64,000 bases of DNA, from NCBI RefSeq assembly GCF_039654945.1, contig NW_027361671.1, positions 91,512,001 to 91,576,000 of the forward strand, in the 5' to 3' direction. The DNA comes from Dendrobates tinctorius. Its lineage: Eukaryota. A program made the translations under genes and the position numbers. Positions 24,672 to 37,591 of this stretch are shown here, in pieces. The notes beneath the pieces are model-generated. The model worked only from the letters and a program-made list of their open reading frames with translations, did no database searches and had not been told where the DNA came from. Position 1 is the stretch's first letter, and every line of letters begins with the position of its first letter.

Positions 24672-27036
24672 GTGATGCCAATTTTTTTAAGTACTCCCTC
24701 AATCATGGACTTAAAACGTAAATATGGTAATGATAGTAAATGTTTGGTTACACTACGGCTACACTCAATGACCCTAAAAGAACATTATAAGCACAAGCGA
24801 ATTCCAAGAGGCTTGCATTCTAATGTGCGCCCTAACCTTTTTTCTACCAATAATGGTTTTTTTTAACTTTTTTTGCACTATCTAATACATTTGCAATGGA
24901 CATTCTGCTCTTAAATATGGAATTTTTACAGAAAGAGATCCAGGATCTCACTGCAGTGATTCTTGAAACTGAAGGTGATCTTAAGAAGCAACTAAATGAT
25001 GATTTATGGAAACAATTCAGGGATATGATTGACTTGCGCTTGAAGAAAATTAGGGGAAGAGTTAGAGGATGTCAAAAGAAGAAAATGGAATAGAGATGCT
25101 GAGGACTATCGTTTTGGAAACATTTATAATTGGCAGAAGGAGAATGTAAAATCTCCAAGAAGTAGTTATAAAATATATCAATCTGAAAAATGTGATTTTT
25201 CTTCCAGTTAGAATTCTAAAAATCGTAATCTGATTGTTTAGACTCTGATAATAAGATTTTTTTAGAGGATGTATTGGACGTCCAAGCAAGAGGACCAGAA
25301 GAGGAGGCCGAAAACACCAACGTGATAAAAAAGAGATAAAAAGCAGAGAGTGCGTGTACTTCCACAGCGGCAAACCACGATGAAAAAGAAAGACTGATCC
25401 TTGTGGTAAATTTGTCTTCAAAATCCTTATCTGCTAATCAAATGTCAATCCTGATTTAAGGTCTTTATTTTTGTCTGAGCCAACATATAGATTGATTTCA
25501 ACTTGAAATTGAATTGTTTAAATTTTTTAGGGCAATTAAATTAAAATATTGGTATGCACAAAAATCCTTTTGAAACTGATTTCAACCGATGTTGAATTCA
25601 GTTCCAAGCAGCTTATGCTCTATAATAGAAGTGACTTTGTACCCATTTTAAATGTTCCTGTTATTGATGCTTTCATTGCTGTTGTAAACAGAGACATTGC
25701 TCATTTGAAACAAACTCATGATAAAGGTTTCTTTCGGAAACCTAATGTGACACGAGAAGAGGCCTTGGCTCTGTCTGAACTTGTCCGTGACGACGGCATC
25801 ACCATCAAGTCGGCTGACAAGGGTGGTGGTGTCATTGTCATGGATACTTGTAAATATGTGGCTGAAATCATGCGTCAATTGTCTGATGTGAATGTCTATA
25901 GGAAACTACCGGGGGACCCAAAATGTGATATCGATAGGAAACTCAAAATGGATCTAGATCAAGCCAAACAATTGCATATTGTGGATAATAATCTATATAA
26001 CTATTTAATAGTAGATAAGCCAATTACATCTGTAATATATGTATTGCTGAAAATACACAAATCTTTGGAGAACCCCCCCGCCGCGGTAGGCCGATTGTAT
26101 AAGGTTGTGATTCAATTTTTAGTCATATAGGTATTTTCCTTGATAAACTATTGGGTCCACTTTCTAGACAAACTGCATCCTTCATAGAGGATACAACAGA
26201 TTTTCTATGTAAATTGAAAGAGGTCATTCTTGATTCCGATGTTATATTGGCATCTTTTGACGTTATTTCATTATATACTTTCATCAATCATGATTTGGGT
26301 CTTGCAGCCATGTGAAGGAAATTAAATGGCACCACATATTCTCCAGAAACTGTGGACTTTATTTTGAATTTATTGGAGGTTGTTTTGAGGAACAACTATT
26401 TTATATTTAGGGATGAATTTTATATGCAAGAAAGGGGTACAGCAATGGGCGCTAATATGGCGTCGGCATATGCAAATTTGGTCATGATGGCGATGGAGGT
26501 GGACCTTATCTATGTATCCCACCACTTTGATAATGTTATGAAGTAGTGGAGATACATAGATGATGACTTCCTTCTTTGGAAAGGTACAGTCACTGAACGT
26601 GAGGATTTTAAGTCCTTTCTCAATGGTTTGGATCAGGAAATTAAATATGCATTGTTTTTTTCAAAGGAGGAAATCCAGTTTCTGGATGTCCTTGTTAAAT
26701 ATAATGGAAGATTGTTTTCTATGGAAATATTCATAAAACCTATGGATAAAAACAATCTGTTAAGGTTTGATAGATCACATCCACGTAACTTAATTGAAGC
26801 TTTACACTATAGTCAATATTTGAGAGTGAACAAAATTGTAAGTGATGATTCCATCTGGATACTTCTTTAAAACATATGACAGAGAAATTTAAACAAAGGA
26901 ATTACCCTAATAAAGTGTTGAAAAAATGTGAAAATAGGATGAGAGAAACCAATAGGGATGATTTGCTGTACAAAAAGGAAAGGAGAGCTGATATATCATT
27001 AAGAATTCCCTAGGCAACTACTTTTTGCGAAGAGAG
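24672..27036 (+). pseudogene. Penelope ORF, N-terminal and RT part
   Basis: KRIPRGL, IKSADKGGGVIVMD, KIHKSLENPP, GTAMGANMA, RYIDD, IQFLDV motifs with stops. Confidence 0.85.
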
Positions 27037-27771
27037 CAAGTGTGGGGAAGGTGACCAGACGGACTGACTTGTCAGTAGGAAGAAGGGACAGTATGTGTAC
27101 TTTAGATAGATGTTTGTAATGACAGAAGGAAAACAGCTGGAAAAGTGTAGATTGAGTGCAGTATCTTGGGTTGACCACAAGATGGCAGGGGGAGTGTGAG
27201 TTCAGGACTTGACAGCAACTTATGGCTTTAGCAACCGTTGGTCATGGGGGGCCCGAGTTATAGGGAACCGGGAAAGTTATAAATAGGACAGGAGGGTTCC
27301 AGAAAGTTCCAGTCCCGGGAGGAGCTCAAGAGGAGAGGAGTCTGTGACGGAGTGTGTGCTGTGTGGAGAGCTTAACTAAGGGGACTGAGGAGAAGGGAAG
27401 TCAGGGGGGTGGCCCCGACACGAAGAACCGCAGAACAGAACAGACGAGGCCCCGGGGGTACCAAATTGACGACGACCTCTGACCGGTGAAGTGCTGGCGG
27501 TGGAAAGGCCTAGGGCAGCCCCAGTAGTTGAGCCATAAAGAAACGTCACTACAACAGAAGAGAAGTGCAGGTACCCGGGCCTGAATACAGAGAGCTGTGG
27601 AAGTGTTGCGGTGGATTGCTGAGGTTGTCAGGAAGACGGCCAATAAACTCGGACCTGTTGTACCTAAAAATCTGCCTCCGTCTCGTGTCTTTATCGTCTG
27701 TTCGTCTATCTTTATCGTCTGTTCGCGGTGAGCAGGGGACCACCCCCCAGTCCGGCCCACCCTACTACATT

Positions 27772-27789
27772 TGGCGTAGTCGGCAGGAT
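27772..27789 (+). other. Primer binding site, tRNA-Ser
   Basis: TGGCGTAGTCGGCAGGAT is complementary to the tRNA-Ser 3' end (...CCUGCCGACUACGCCA). Confidence 0.8.
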
Positions 27790-28078
27790 AGCCGCCACCA
27801 ATACTTCAACTTCAGTGGCAAGCCTATGACAGAGGAAGGCAAAAAGACTTGAGCTGCCCTACTTGTGGATTACAAATTTGGGACTTGATTTCTGTCACCA
27901 GAGGAACTGGAGCGGTATAACAACTGGAAAAATGGCTGTGGCAATTTGGCATCAAAAGAAAGAGACACAAGCGTTTACAATTGAACTGGATGATCCGGGG
28001 CTATATCAAACCCACCCGTGGGGGAAGCGGTGTTCAATTGAAGGAGATCGCCCCCTCATTTAAGACCCTGGAAGATGG

Positions 28079-29154
28079 GTGGAGAAGCCGACCACCGCCC
28101 CACCCAAGAACGGGAGTGGCCCTAGTGGAGAGACCTGCTGCGGCTGTTTGGCGCCATTCAGCTACTGGACACCGGACGGAATGAGACACTGCAGCTGTCG
28201 TGGTATTGGATGCCTGGAATGGCGGTGGCGCCAGGAAATGGAGACTCATCGGGAGACCTGCCCAGGGAGCCTCCCCGCGGAACTGTTGGGCCTGGAGGCC
28301 GGCCCTGCCGGACGGCGGGGTGAAAACCAATGGCTGGAGAAGGAACGATGGGAAAGTTTGCTGGGAGCCGTGGCTGCTGGGAAGGTGAGCGTATCCCCGG
28401 CCCCGCCGGCGTCACCCCAGGCAAACCCCGTCCCCACGTTTTATGTACCAGACAGACCTCGGGGCCCTGACACCGGCCCTCGGCCTCCCCGCCTGACTCC
28501 TCACACTGCGGTGTCTCCCACTCTGGACGACGGCGTGACCCCCACCAAGTTGACTGCCGCTACATCGGCCCCACTCCCGGTCACTGCTGTAATCGGGTCA
28601 TCAGCCGCCGCGGTTGACTCACCGGGGTCTGTGGTTGCTGCTCCATCTGCGGTCCTGCCTGTGGTTGATTTGCCGGAGCTCGTGGCTGCCTTGGTTCCAG
28701 CTGCAGCCTCCCCCACGGCCCCGCCGACTTCACTGTTAAAGCTGGCTGCAGCCTACTCACCACCGGAGCCTGCGGCCGCTTCTGCCCCGCCCTCGACCGC
28801 AGCCCGCCCACCGGACTCTGCGGCCTATACCGGACCCTCCGCTGGGTTGCGGAGGTCATTGAGAAAAAGAAGGCCAGAGAGCGGGAGATCTGGGAGCTAC
28901 TTCATGAGAAAGGGGAGGCTGGCATGGCGGTTCCACGTTCCATCGGGCGGCTGGTGCACACGAACAGGGAGAAAGGTTATGGGTTCATACGGGACCTCGC
29001 CACTGGTCAAAAGGTGTATCTGAATGTGGCTTCCATCCGTCACGGCCGGTCTCTGCAGGAAAGAGACTGGGTCTCTTATTACAAGGAGTACTGCCCCTGA
29101 GGCTACTATGCCGTTGCAGTGATCGCTTGTCCTGAAGACTACATGCTCCCGTAA
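28079..29154 (+). pseudogene. Cys-rich / Pro-Ala-rich protein with C-terminal cold-shock-like domain (one frameshift, one stop)
   Basis: Frame from 28861: ...MAVPRSIGRLVHTNREKGYGFIRDLATGQKVYLNVASIRHGRSLQERDWVSYYKEYCP*GYYAVAV. Confidence 0.65.
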
Positions 29155-30677
29155 AAGGACTCACAGAGATACCCCAAGAATCCCGGGACTTCATGGCTAT
29201 GGAGTCCCTTGCTGAGTTGGCGGAACACCGGCCGTCAGGAGATGGCCCAGACTACCGGGATTTCGATGCACTGTTAGCAGTTCACAGGACAGTTCTACGT
29301 CCATGTTAAGAGAAATGTTTTTTTTGTGTTGAAAGATGTTTTCTCCTGACACAGAGGGGATGCATACGGGGAAGTACTTATGTCAAAGGAAGGGGGAGTA
29401 TGCATGTTTTGTTTTTATGTTGGTTTAAAAAAAGAAAGAAAAAAAGGGGTTACTTATGCTATTAGAAAGTTAGTTTAATGTATAATATGCATAAGAAATA
29501 TGCAACAGGTCCCGGGTATGGGGGTCTGTGTGACCGAGACACCGACCATGACTTGTTTTAAAGTAAAGGATAAAGAGACGGAAGATATGGAATCAGACAG
29601 GTGGTCCCAAGCCAGGTCCCTGACACCCCAAGAGAATAGGCGGACGCTGACAATGACCTGGTAGGCGTAAGGCTTCGGTCATGGTGTTCCGGACAGTTGA
29701 GGGTGACAGAAGGGGAGAGTAGTGGGAGGTACACGCCGTAGAGTAATCTGGGTGTACCTAGCCCAACTTGAAAGAAGTTGTCATATGGCATGCGTGCCGG
29801 TGAGTAGCAGTAGGCTTCTCGGAGCATGGTGCTCCTGGTTTTGTTCGGCCCCTGTATATGGCGGGTTTGACCCAACAACCGGTCCGACAACAGACAGTAG
29901 AAAAGTTTCAGAACGACGAAGGTAGGGAATATGATTGTCGAGGACGACAATAGACAAAGGAAGGAGGAGTGTGGGGAAGGTGTCCTGATGGATGGACTTG
30001 TCAGTAGGAAGAAGGGACGGTATGTGTACTTTAGATAGATGTTTGTAATGACAGAAGGAAAATAGCTGGAAAGGTGTAGATTGAGTGCAGCATCTTGGGT
30101 TGACAACAAGATGGGGGAGTGTGAGTTCAGGACTTGACAGCAGCTTATGGCTTTAGAAACCGTTGGTCATGGGGGGACGGAGTTATAGAGAACCGGGAAA
30201 GTTATAAATAGGACAGGAGGGTTCCAGAAAGTTCCAGTCCCGGGAGGAGCTCAAGAGGAGAGGAGTCTGTGACGGAGTGTGTGCTGTGTGGAAAGCTTAA
30301 CTAAGGGGACTGAGGAGAAGGGAAGTCAGGGGGGGGTCCCCGACACGAAGAACCGCAGAACAGAACAGACGAGGCCCCGGGGGTACCAAATTGACGACGA
30401 CCTCTGACCGGTGAAGTGCTGGTGGTGGAAAGGCCTAGGGCAGCCCCAGTAGTTGAGCCGTAAAGAAACATCACTACGACAGAAGAGAAGTGCAGGTACC
30501 CGGGCCTGAATACGGAGAGCTGTGGAAGTGCTGCGGTGGATTGCTGAGGTTGTCAGGAAGACGGCCAATAAACTCAGACCTGTTGTACCTAAAAATCTGC
30601 CTCCGTCTCGTGTCTTTATCGTCTGTTCGCGGTGAACAGGGGACCACCCCTCAGTCCGGCCCACCCTACTACACAAG

Positions 30678-31260
30678 GATGTGGTGGGTATAGTAAGGAA
30701 ACACTGGCCTATGCTTAATAAATGTCTTCCTTAGATAGTGGAGTTTAAATCATCTCCATTGGTATCTTATAGGTGCTGTAACAATCTTAATGACAGATTG
30801 GTCCATGCAGATATCGGTCCAAAAAAATCCTTAACTAAACTGTCACTCACAGGCAAACATAGAATGGGTTGTTATCCATGTTTGGGATGCATTAAATGTA
30901 TCAATATGTTGAAGGGTGAGAGTTTTTGTCATCCAATAACAAATTAATTATTTTTTATTAGACATTAACATGTTCATGTGAATTTGTGGTTTATTTATTG
31001 AAATGTCCTAGTAAATTGTGGTATGTGGGCGAAACCACATGGGATTTTAAAACCCGTGTAACTCATCATAGATATACCATAAGGAAGAAAAAAACTTGAT
31101 TTACCGGTTCCAAAACATTTTGTTGAACAAGGTCACACTGAGAAAAATTTGAAATTTTGAATCTTTGACCATATTCCTCCCCTAAGACAGGGTGGCTATC
31201 AAGTTAAATTGTTAAAAATAAGGGAATTATTTTGGATCCAAAAGTTAAACACTTTGAAGC
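30678..31260 (+). pseudogene. Penelope ORF, C-terminal GIY-YIG endonuclease part
   Basis: GCYPCLGCIKC; VVYLLKCP...YVGET...RELFWIQKLNTLKP by manual translation. Confidence 0.8.
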
Positions 31261-32043
31261 CTTTTTTGCATACAGTCTTGTAAAGATCTGTTTTATTTTT
31301 GGTGTTGCCTCTTTTTCAATTAAGATCTTCTCTTCATATTTCGTATTGTAATTTTTTCTTTTTTCTGTTTCTTTCAGATTTCTGAAATTGTACTCCATGG
31401 CTTACCCCTTTAACAGAATCAATAAAATCCATAGAAATAATCATTACATAATACAACCATCTACAACAAGAATCCTTAATGTCCAGCATATATCTTCTTG
31501 TGGATTACATAGCTTTTATTAGGAGGAATTTTTTCCCCTTTGTATGATTTTTGAATTCGTGGCATGAAGGGAACATTACACCCAATGAAATTTGGGGTTG
31601 AGACATGGACCTCAAAAAGGCCTCTTTCACACATCAGGTTTTCGCCGTCAGGCGCGATCCGGCGCTTTGACAAAAACCGGATCCGGCGAAATGCAATGCC
31701 GGATCCGGTTTACCCCCCATTGACTTGCATTAGAGCCGGATCGAGCCGGATGGCCATGCGTTTCATCCGATTTTCGCCGGATCCGGCAATGTGACGCGAT
31801 CCGGCGTCTGGAAAAAACGGCTACTGTAACGTTTTTTGTCTCCGGCGAAAAAGCCGGACACGCCGGATCCGGCGTGTCCGGCTTTTTCATACAATGAAAG
31901 CCTATGAGCGCCGCAATGCGCCTGATCCGGCGACAGCCGGACCCGGTGGCCGGATCCGTTTTTTTTGGTCTGAGCATGCTCAGTAGCTCTGCCCACAAGA
32001 CATATATAAAAGCAAGACAGTGTGACCCTCAGCCACACCCAAC

Positions 32044-34587
32044 ATGCCACCCAAGCCAAGAACCAGGAGCAGGAGAAGGCAGCAGACATCTGCAGCAGCA
32101 GCACCATCAGCACCACCCCAAATGGAGCAGCATGCTGAACAACGGGAGGGGAGTCCAGCAGCAGATGAGAGACGGTAATTATCAAATCCCCCATTCCTCC
32201 AAACTAGGGCTATGGAATATCAAGATATTCATTGGCCCTTTGTTTCTCTTTATTCAACAGCCGCCCAATAGATGCAGCAGCAGCAGCAGCAATGGCAGCA
32301 GCAGGAACACCACCCACAGCCATGGAGTCTGGCCATGAGGAAGACAGCACATCTTCTTCTGGGAGCCCTCCCTCACATCGTCAGCGTTTGACGGTAAGTT
32401 TTTATTTCCAAAATCCATCATCTCTGGAATATATGTCTATTCATTGCCTTTTATTTCAAAACAGGAATCACAAGATGAAGAGGAGCTCCCAGAAGAAGAA
32501 GGAAGGGGTGGACAGACACTTGGAGTGGGCTCACAATTGGTAAGTTTTTTGCATCAAACGCAGAAACACAACATCACACTACACACAACACATAGAAAAC
32601 AATGTTCTGCAGACCACACACAGCAAACAAATGCCTACATCCAAAGACATAACATTTTTTGTTTTCTTCTCTAGTCTTCCCAATCTGGTGCTCGGCCAAG
32701 AGGTCCTCGCAGTGCCTCCCGGGGTCGTCGGCGACAGCAACGCGGCGGTCACCAGCGTGTAAGTATAAATATTTTTGCTTTGTTTTTTTTGCACTTTTTA
32801 TTTCATTTCTTTTGTGGAGGCTAATTATGTTATTTTTGTCTTTTTCTTTAACAGCCTTCACAGCGTGCTCCCGACTCTGACGGTGAGGATGGAGGGATTG
32901 ATGTGGACCGCCTCATCGATCTCGTCAGAGAAAGGGAGCCGCTCTGGAATATGGCTGACCGCCGCCACGCTGACCTTATCGTTACCCGACGACTCTGGGA
33001 GGAAATCTGTTCGCTCCTTGTGGACCGCTGGGAGGACCTCGAAGCTCGGGCCCAGATTAAAGAGCGTAAGTATATACAGTACCGGTTGCTTGAACCAGTG
33101 TTTCCCGAACTCCAGTCCTCGTGGTCCCCACGGATCATGTGTTCAGGATTTCTATTTACTTTGGAAATCCTGAAAACATGACCCCTGGGGACCATGAGGA
33201 CTGGAGTTTGGGAAACACTGATGTTGTATACTAACCACTTTGTCCTTTCTCGTTTCAGGGGAGAGAATTGTGAAGCGGTGGCGGTCTGTGAGGGATCGTT
33301 TCAAGAAGGAGTTCAATAAAGAGATGCGGGCCCCGAGTGGATCTGGAGGACGCAGGAGCAAGTACAAGTACGCACGAGCCCTGTCGTTCCTCCGGGAGAC
33401 AATGCTCACCAGAAGGTAAATATTACACACCACATGTGACAAAAAAATGTTTAGATGTAACTTTTTTTTTTTCAGCCAGGGCCATACCATGTCACTATTT
33501 TAATTGTTTTTTTTTCTCTTTATTCCACAGCACGGTGAGCAGCACTCGGGAGCCTGCACGATTGGACCCTTCTGAGGCGATCCCTGAGGAGACTGTCACC
33601 GAGGGACACTTCGACCGCCCCGGTACATCTGCACCTTCCCAGCCTTCCCACACATTCGACCCATCTGTCCCATCCACCAGCACAGGAGCATCGTGGCCGC
33701 CTACATTACATGAAGCTGCTGGTGAGGAGATCGCTTTCCCTTTACCCCACCCTTCTGCCCCTGCCACCTCTAGTACACCTGCGGGTACTGGGCGGCGGCG
33801 GCAGAGGGGTCAGGAAAAGACTTATGCGCCAGAGTTCTTGCATCTGAATGCATCTTTCCAGAACTGTCTAAAAGTCTTGTCAGAGCAAATCTCCGCAGGC
33901 TTTCAGCAGATCAACTCCAGCATTCTGGAGGTGAAGACACTTCTGCAAACCATGCATTCAGAAGCAAGATCTTCGCCAAACCACACCTTTTTCAGGTCTG
34001 TTATGGAGCGCATGGCAACACTATCTCCTACCCAGCAGATGCATGTAATGCATTCGTGCCACGGTGCTCTACAGCAGGTTACCTCCCAACCTCCACCTCC
34101 CACCACTGTAGTTCCTCCACCTGCACCCCCTCCAGCCACTTTCCATCCTCCCCCTCCGATTACATCTGCACCCCCTCCAGCCACTTTCCATCCTCCCCCT
34201 CCTATTACATACCAGCAACCTCCCCAGTACCAGCAACCTCCCCAGTACCAGCAACCTCCCCAGTACCAGACATCTCCCCACTTCCAGCAACCTGCCCCGT
34301 ACCAAACTCCTTCCCCGTACCAAACTCCTTCCCCGTACCAAACTCCTTCCCCATACAACTTTCCATCAACATCATCTGCTCCTACAGTCCCTGCCCAACC
34401 CTCCACTCCACCGCCCACCACCTCTTCTGCCTCCCACATGTCCACCCATTCTGTAGCTTTTTCCACACCATCACCTCTAACTGTTCCTTCCCCACCACGA
34501 TCCCAGTCCTCTCTCCACACTCCCAGTGTCGAAGTGTCCCGCAGCCCCTCCAGCAGTATTTCCACCCCACACTACACAGATTTGTAA
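32044..34587 (+). CDS. Harbinger MADF/Myb-SANT-like DNA-binding protein, 7 exons, ~615 aa
   Basis: Exons 32044-32174, 32261-32393, 32465-32539, 32675-32758, 32855-33065, 33259-33415, 33531-34587, all GT-AG and in phase; MADF motif LIDLVREREPLW...LWEEI...KRWRSVRDRF; TATA box ~32003, AATAAA ~34599. Confidence 0.85.
33096..33220. mobile_element. Small palindromic hAT-type MITE in intron 5 of the MADF gene
   Basis: CAGTGTTTCCC...GGGAAACACTG termini; related partial copy at ~10409-10480. Confidence 0.7.
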
Positions 34588-35083
34588 TGTGTGTTTTGTA
34601 ATAAAAATGCCCAGTTTTTTTTCAAACCTTTATTAAAAAAGTTTTTTTAACTTTAAAAATAGTTTACAAAAAAAAATATTTTAAATAAAAGTTAAATTAT
34701 TGTTTACACTGGTTGTCTGTCATTTCTTTCTGCGGCGAAATATGTTTAAAAAAAAGGTTAAATACAGGGTATTTAAAAGGTAAAAAGGTATTCAAAACCA
34801 GGTATATAACTGTGGGTAAATTTTAGCTTTTTGCCACAGTTGTGTTCCTGGTTGTGTTTGAAGCAAAGTATTTCACCTAAAAAGTTGTGTTTATTGTTGG
34901 TGATTTCCTATCAATGTACACAACTTTTGTTAAAAGGTGAAATACTTTGCATAAAACACAACCAGGTACACACCTGTGGCCTAAAGCTAAAAATAGAGAC
35001 CATGACAAGATAGCCAACTTTGGTTGGCAAAGGTATATACTGTTGGTACAGAATGTACACAAGTTTGGTTGGGCACAAATCTT

Positions 35084-36466
35084 TCACACTCTGTCATCCT
35101 GCCAGTGTACTCTGCCTTGAGGTGACATAAAGTATAGTGCAAAATTGTCCCTCATTACTGAAACCGACACAGAACTTCTAGTGGTAATGTCATGGTAATC
35201 TTGCAAGGTGGTTTCTTCAGAGGTGTCCTCAATGGAAATGGGTTCCTTGCAGATAACAAAATTGTGGAGTACCACGCAAGCTTTGATCACCTCGTCAACA
35301 GTTTCTGTCTTGAGGTTGATCGCAGTCAATAGGACCCGCCATTTGGCTGTCAGAATACCAAAGGTACATTCAACCATTCTTCTTGCTCTTGTGAGGCGGT
35401 AATTAAAAATGCGTTTTGGTCTTGTCAATCCTCTGCTAGAGTACGGTTTCAAAAGGTGTTCTGACAGCTGGAAGGCTTCATCCCCTACACAGACAAATGG
35501 CATAGGTGGACCAGATGTTTGCGGCAGCGGTCTAGGTGGTGGGAACTGGAAGGTGTTTCCATACAGTTTACGCCCCATGGCAGACAGTTTGAAAACTTGA
35601 GAGTCATTGGAGCGGCCATAGGCCCCAATATCAACAGCAATAAATTTGTATTCCGCGTCAGCGATGGCCATGAGGACAATTGAAAAATATTTCTTGTAAT
35701 TGAAATATTCCGATCCCGATCCGGCTGGCTTTACAATGCGGATATGTTTCCCGTCCACAGCGCCCAAGCAGTTGGGAAACTGACATATCTGTTGAAACTT
35801 GTCAGCAATTTCAATCCACCTCTCTGTTGTGGGCTCTGGTAAAAACTCTTCAGCTAAGGAGTCCCACAGTGCACGGCATGTGTACTTCACTATTCCAGAT
35901 ATGGTGGAAATCCCGAGTCTGTACTGGAAATGCAGTGACGAAAGGGATTCTCCAGTTGCAAGAAATCTGTGGGGAATTAAAAAACAATAAATTAGTTTTA
36001 AATCACAGCATTACATACCAAAACTCAGCTATAACACTTGGAGATACAAACTACCACCAACAAGATTGCAGTGAGAGTGTGCTCTGATGCGAGCATATCC
36101 AATAAATGTGGCTTACCTTAAAGTCACCATCAGACGCTCTGCGGGTGAAACAGAGAAGCGGCAATAGGTGTCCGCTTTTCTTATGAGGTGTGCAATGCGC
36201 TCCACCAAGTAATCAAAAATCTCCATTTTCATCCGAACATATCCAAAAAATTTATCCGGGTTTCGTCGAAGGTCCATGCAGAGTGTAGAATAGACCCCAC
36301 GCGTCATTCTCTTGGCTGTGATGGGGTGGATCCACAAACGTCGTCTACGATGCCTGATGCACTGCTGTCTCGCTCTCTCCTTCTCCAGAACAATCACCCT
36401 CAAACGATTCGCCTCCGCTATAAAATCCGCCAAATTCTTCAAAATATTTCCAATCACAACATCCAT
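35084..36466 (-). CDS. Harbinger DDE transposase (HARBI1/ALP1-like), 2 exons, ~410 aa
   Basis: Exons 36466-36117 and 35966-35084, 150-nt GT-AG intron at ...VTLR|FLATG; catalytic GAVDGKH, GDEAF and RRMVECTFG motifs, no stops. Confidence 0.92.
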
Positions 36467-37462
36467 CTTGGCCAGTAACTTGCTCTTCTCTCCAACCTGC
36501 ACTTTCTCCTCTCCAACCTGTCAAAGAAGGGCTGTAGGAACACGCTATATATAGTTTTCCAGTAGCCAATCCCGTTCGGAAGGCCACAAGGGTCAATTTT
36601 AAAAACCGGATCCGGCGTAATCCGTCGAAAAACGGATAGAAAAACGGATGAACCGGATGAGACGGATCCGGTTTTTTCTGTCAAGAACAAGACGGATCCG
36701 GCAGAAAAACGGATCCGGCACATCAGGTTTTACAAAACATTTGCCGGATCCGGCGTTCCGGCACGACGCCGGATCGCGCCTGATGCCGAAAACCTGATGT
36801 GTGAAAGTAGCCAAAGAAGTTGGTGTTTCCCCCATTTTCTTGTGTGGGTTACCAGCCCCAGCAAATTGGGGGTGTTCTCACGCATTTGGGTATATCTCTC
36901 ATCACTCATATTCATATTATTCATATTCATTGATTATAATTATGGGGTTCCTCCTAGTTGGTTTTATGCCTTAAAAAACTTTTGCGTTAAGTGTTTTTGT
37001 ACACATTATCTGTGCTGAGAGCCTTTTGCTGATCTATTGCATGTTTTTTCTCCATGGATTCTTGTTTCAACGCACAGTATTTTCATTTTGAAGCGTGGTA
37101 ATGTTTTTCCTATGTGCATCTTTACTGCGCATGCACTTTGTTTCATCTTTGGACATGTGTGGTCTTATGCTCCTTTTGTCTGAAACCAAGATGGCGTTTG
37201 ATGATTCTGATCACTATTGCGCAACAGCACAAGAAGCAACAAAAACCGACCATGTCCGAAATAGATAAAATAAATTTTATTGGTATGACAGGAAAATTAA
37301 TAATGAAGCAAGTAACAATCTAATATATAATTACCTTGTAATGTCTTCACATCCTGTTTCATCCAGATGTCTCCGGATCCCAGAATTCCAAGCGGAGGAA
37401 GTTCACCGACCGCCATATTGGGACACCCAAGTGAAACTGCTGGTGGTACCAGCCTCTTGCGC

Positions 37463-37591
37463 NNNNNNNNNNNNNNNNNNNNNNNNNNNNNNNNNNNNNN
37501 NNNNNNNNNNNNNNNNNNNNNNNNNNNNNNNNNNNNNNNNNNNNNNNNNNNNNNNNNNNNNNNNNNNNNNNNNNNNNNNNNNNNNNNNNNN
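37463..37591. other. Assembly gap (N run)
   Basis: Run of N. Confidence 1.

Larger units (their letters stand above)
27041..30673 (+). mobile_element. Non-autonomous LTR retroelement (no pol)
   Basis: LTRs 27041-27769 and 29970-30673 (TG...CA), 4-bp TSD CAAG, PBS, PPT AAAGGAAGGAGGAG at 29956-29969. Confidence 0.92.
31619..36812. mobile_element. Autonomous PIF/Harbinger DNA transposon, apparently intact
   Basis: ~46-bp TIRs GGC(C)T(C)TTTCACACATCAGGTTTTCG..., 3-bp AAA flanks, subterminal CCGGATCCG repeats, two convergent intact genes. Confidence 0.93.
23860..37225 (+). mobile_element. Penelope-like element with inverted upstream pLTR, interrupted by an LTR element and a Harbinger
   Basis: 24330-24555 is the reverse complement of ~36990-37225; RT and GIY-YIG fragments lie in between. 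Confidence 0.75.

Noticed and set aside
33903-34565. Antisense Gly/Trp/Tyr-rich 220-aa ORF
   Set aside because: Shadow frame of the repetitive C-terminus of the MADF gene.
35084-36466. Domesticated host gene HARBI1
   Set aside because: It lies within TIRs next to a Myb-like partner, so it is a transposon gene; no symbol assigned.
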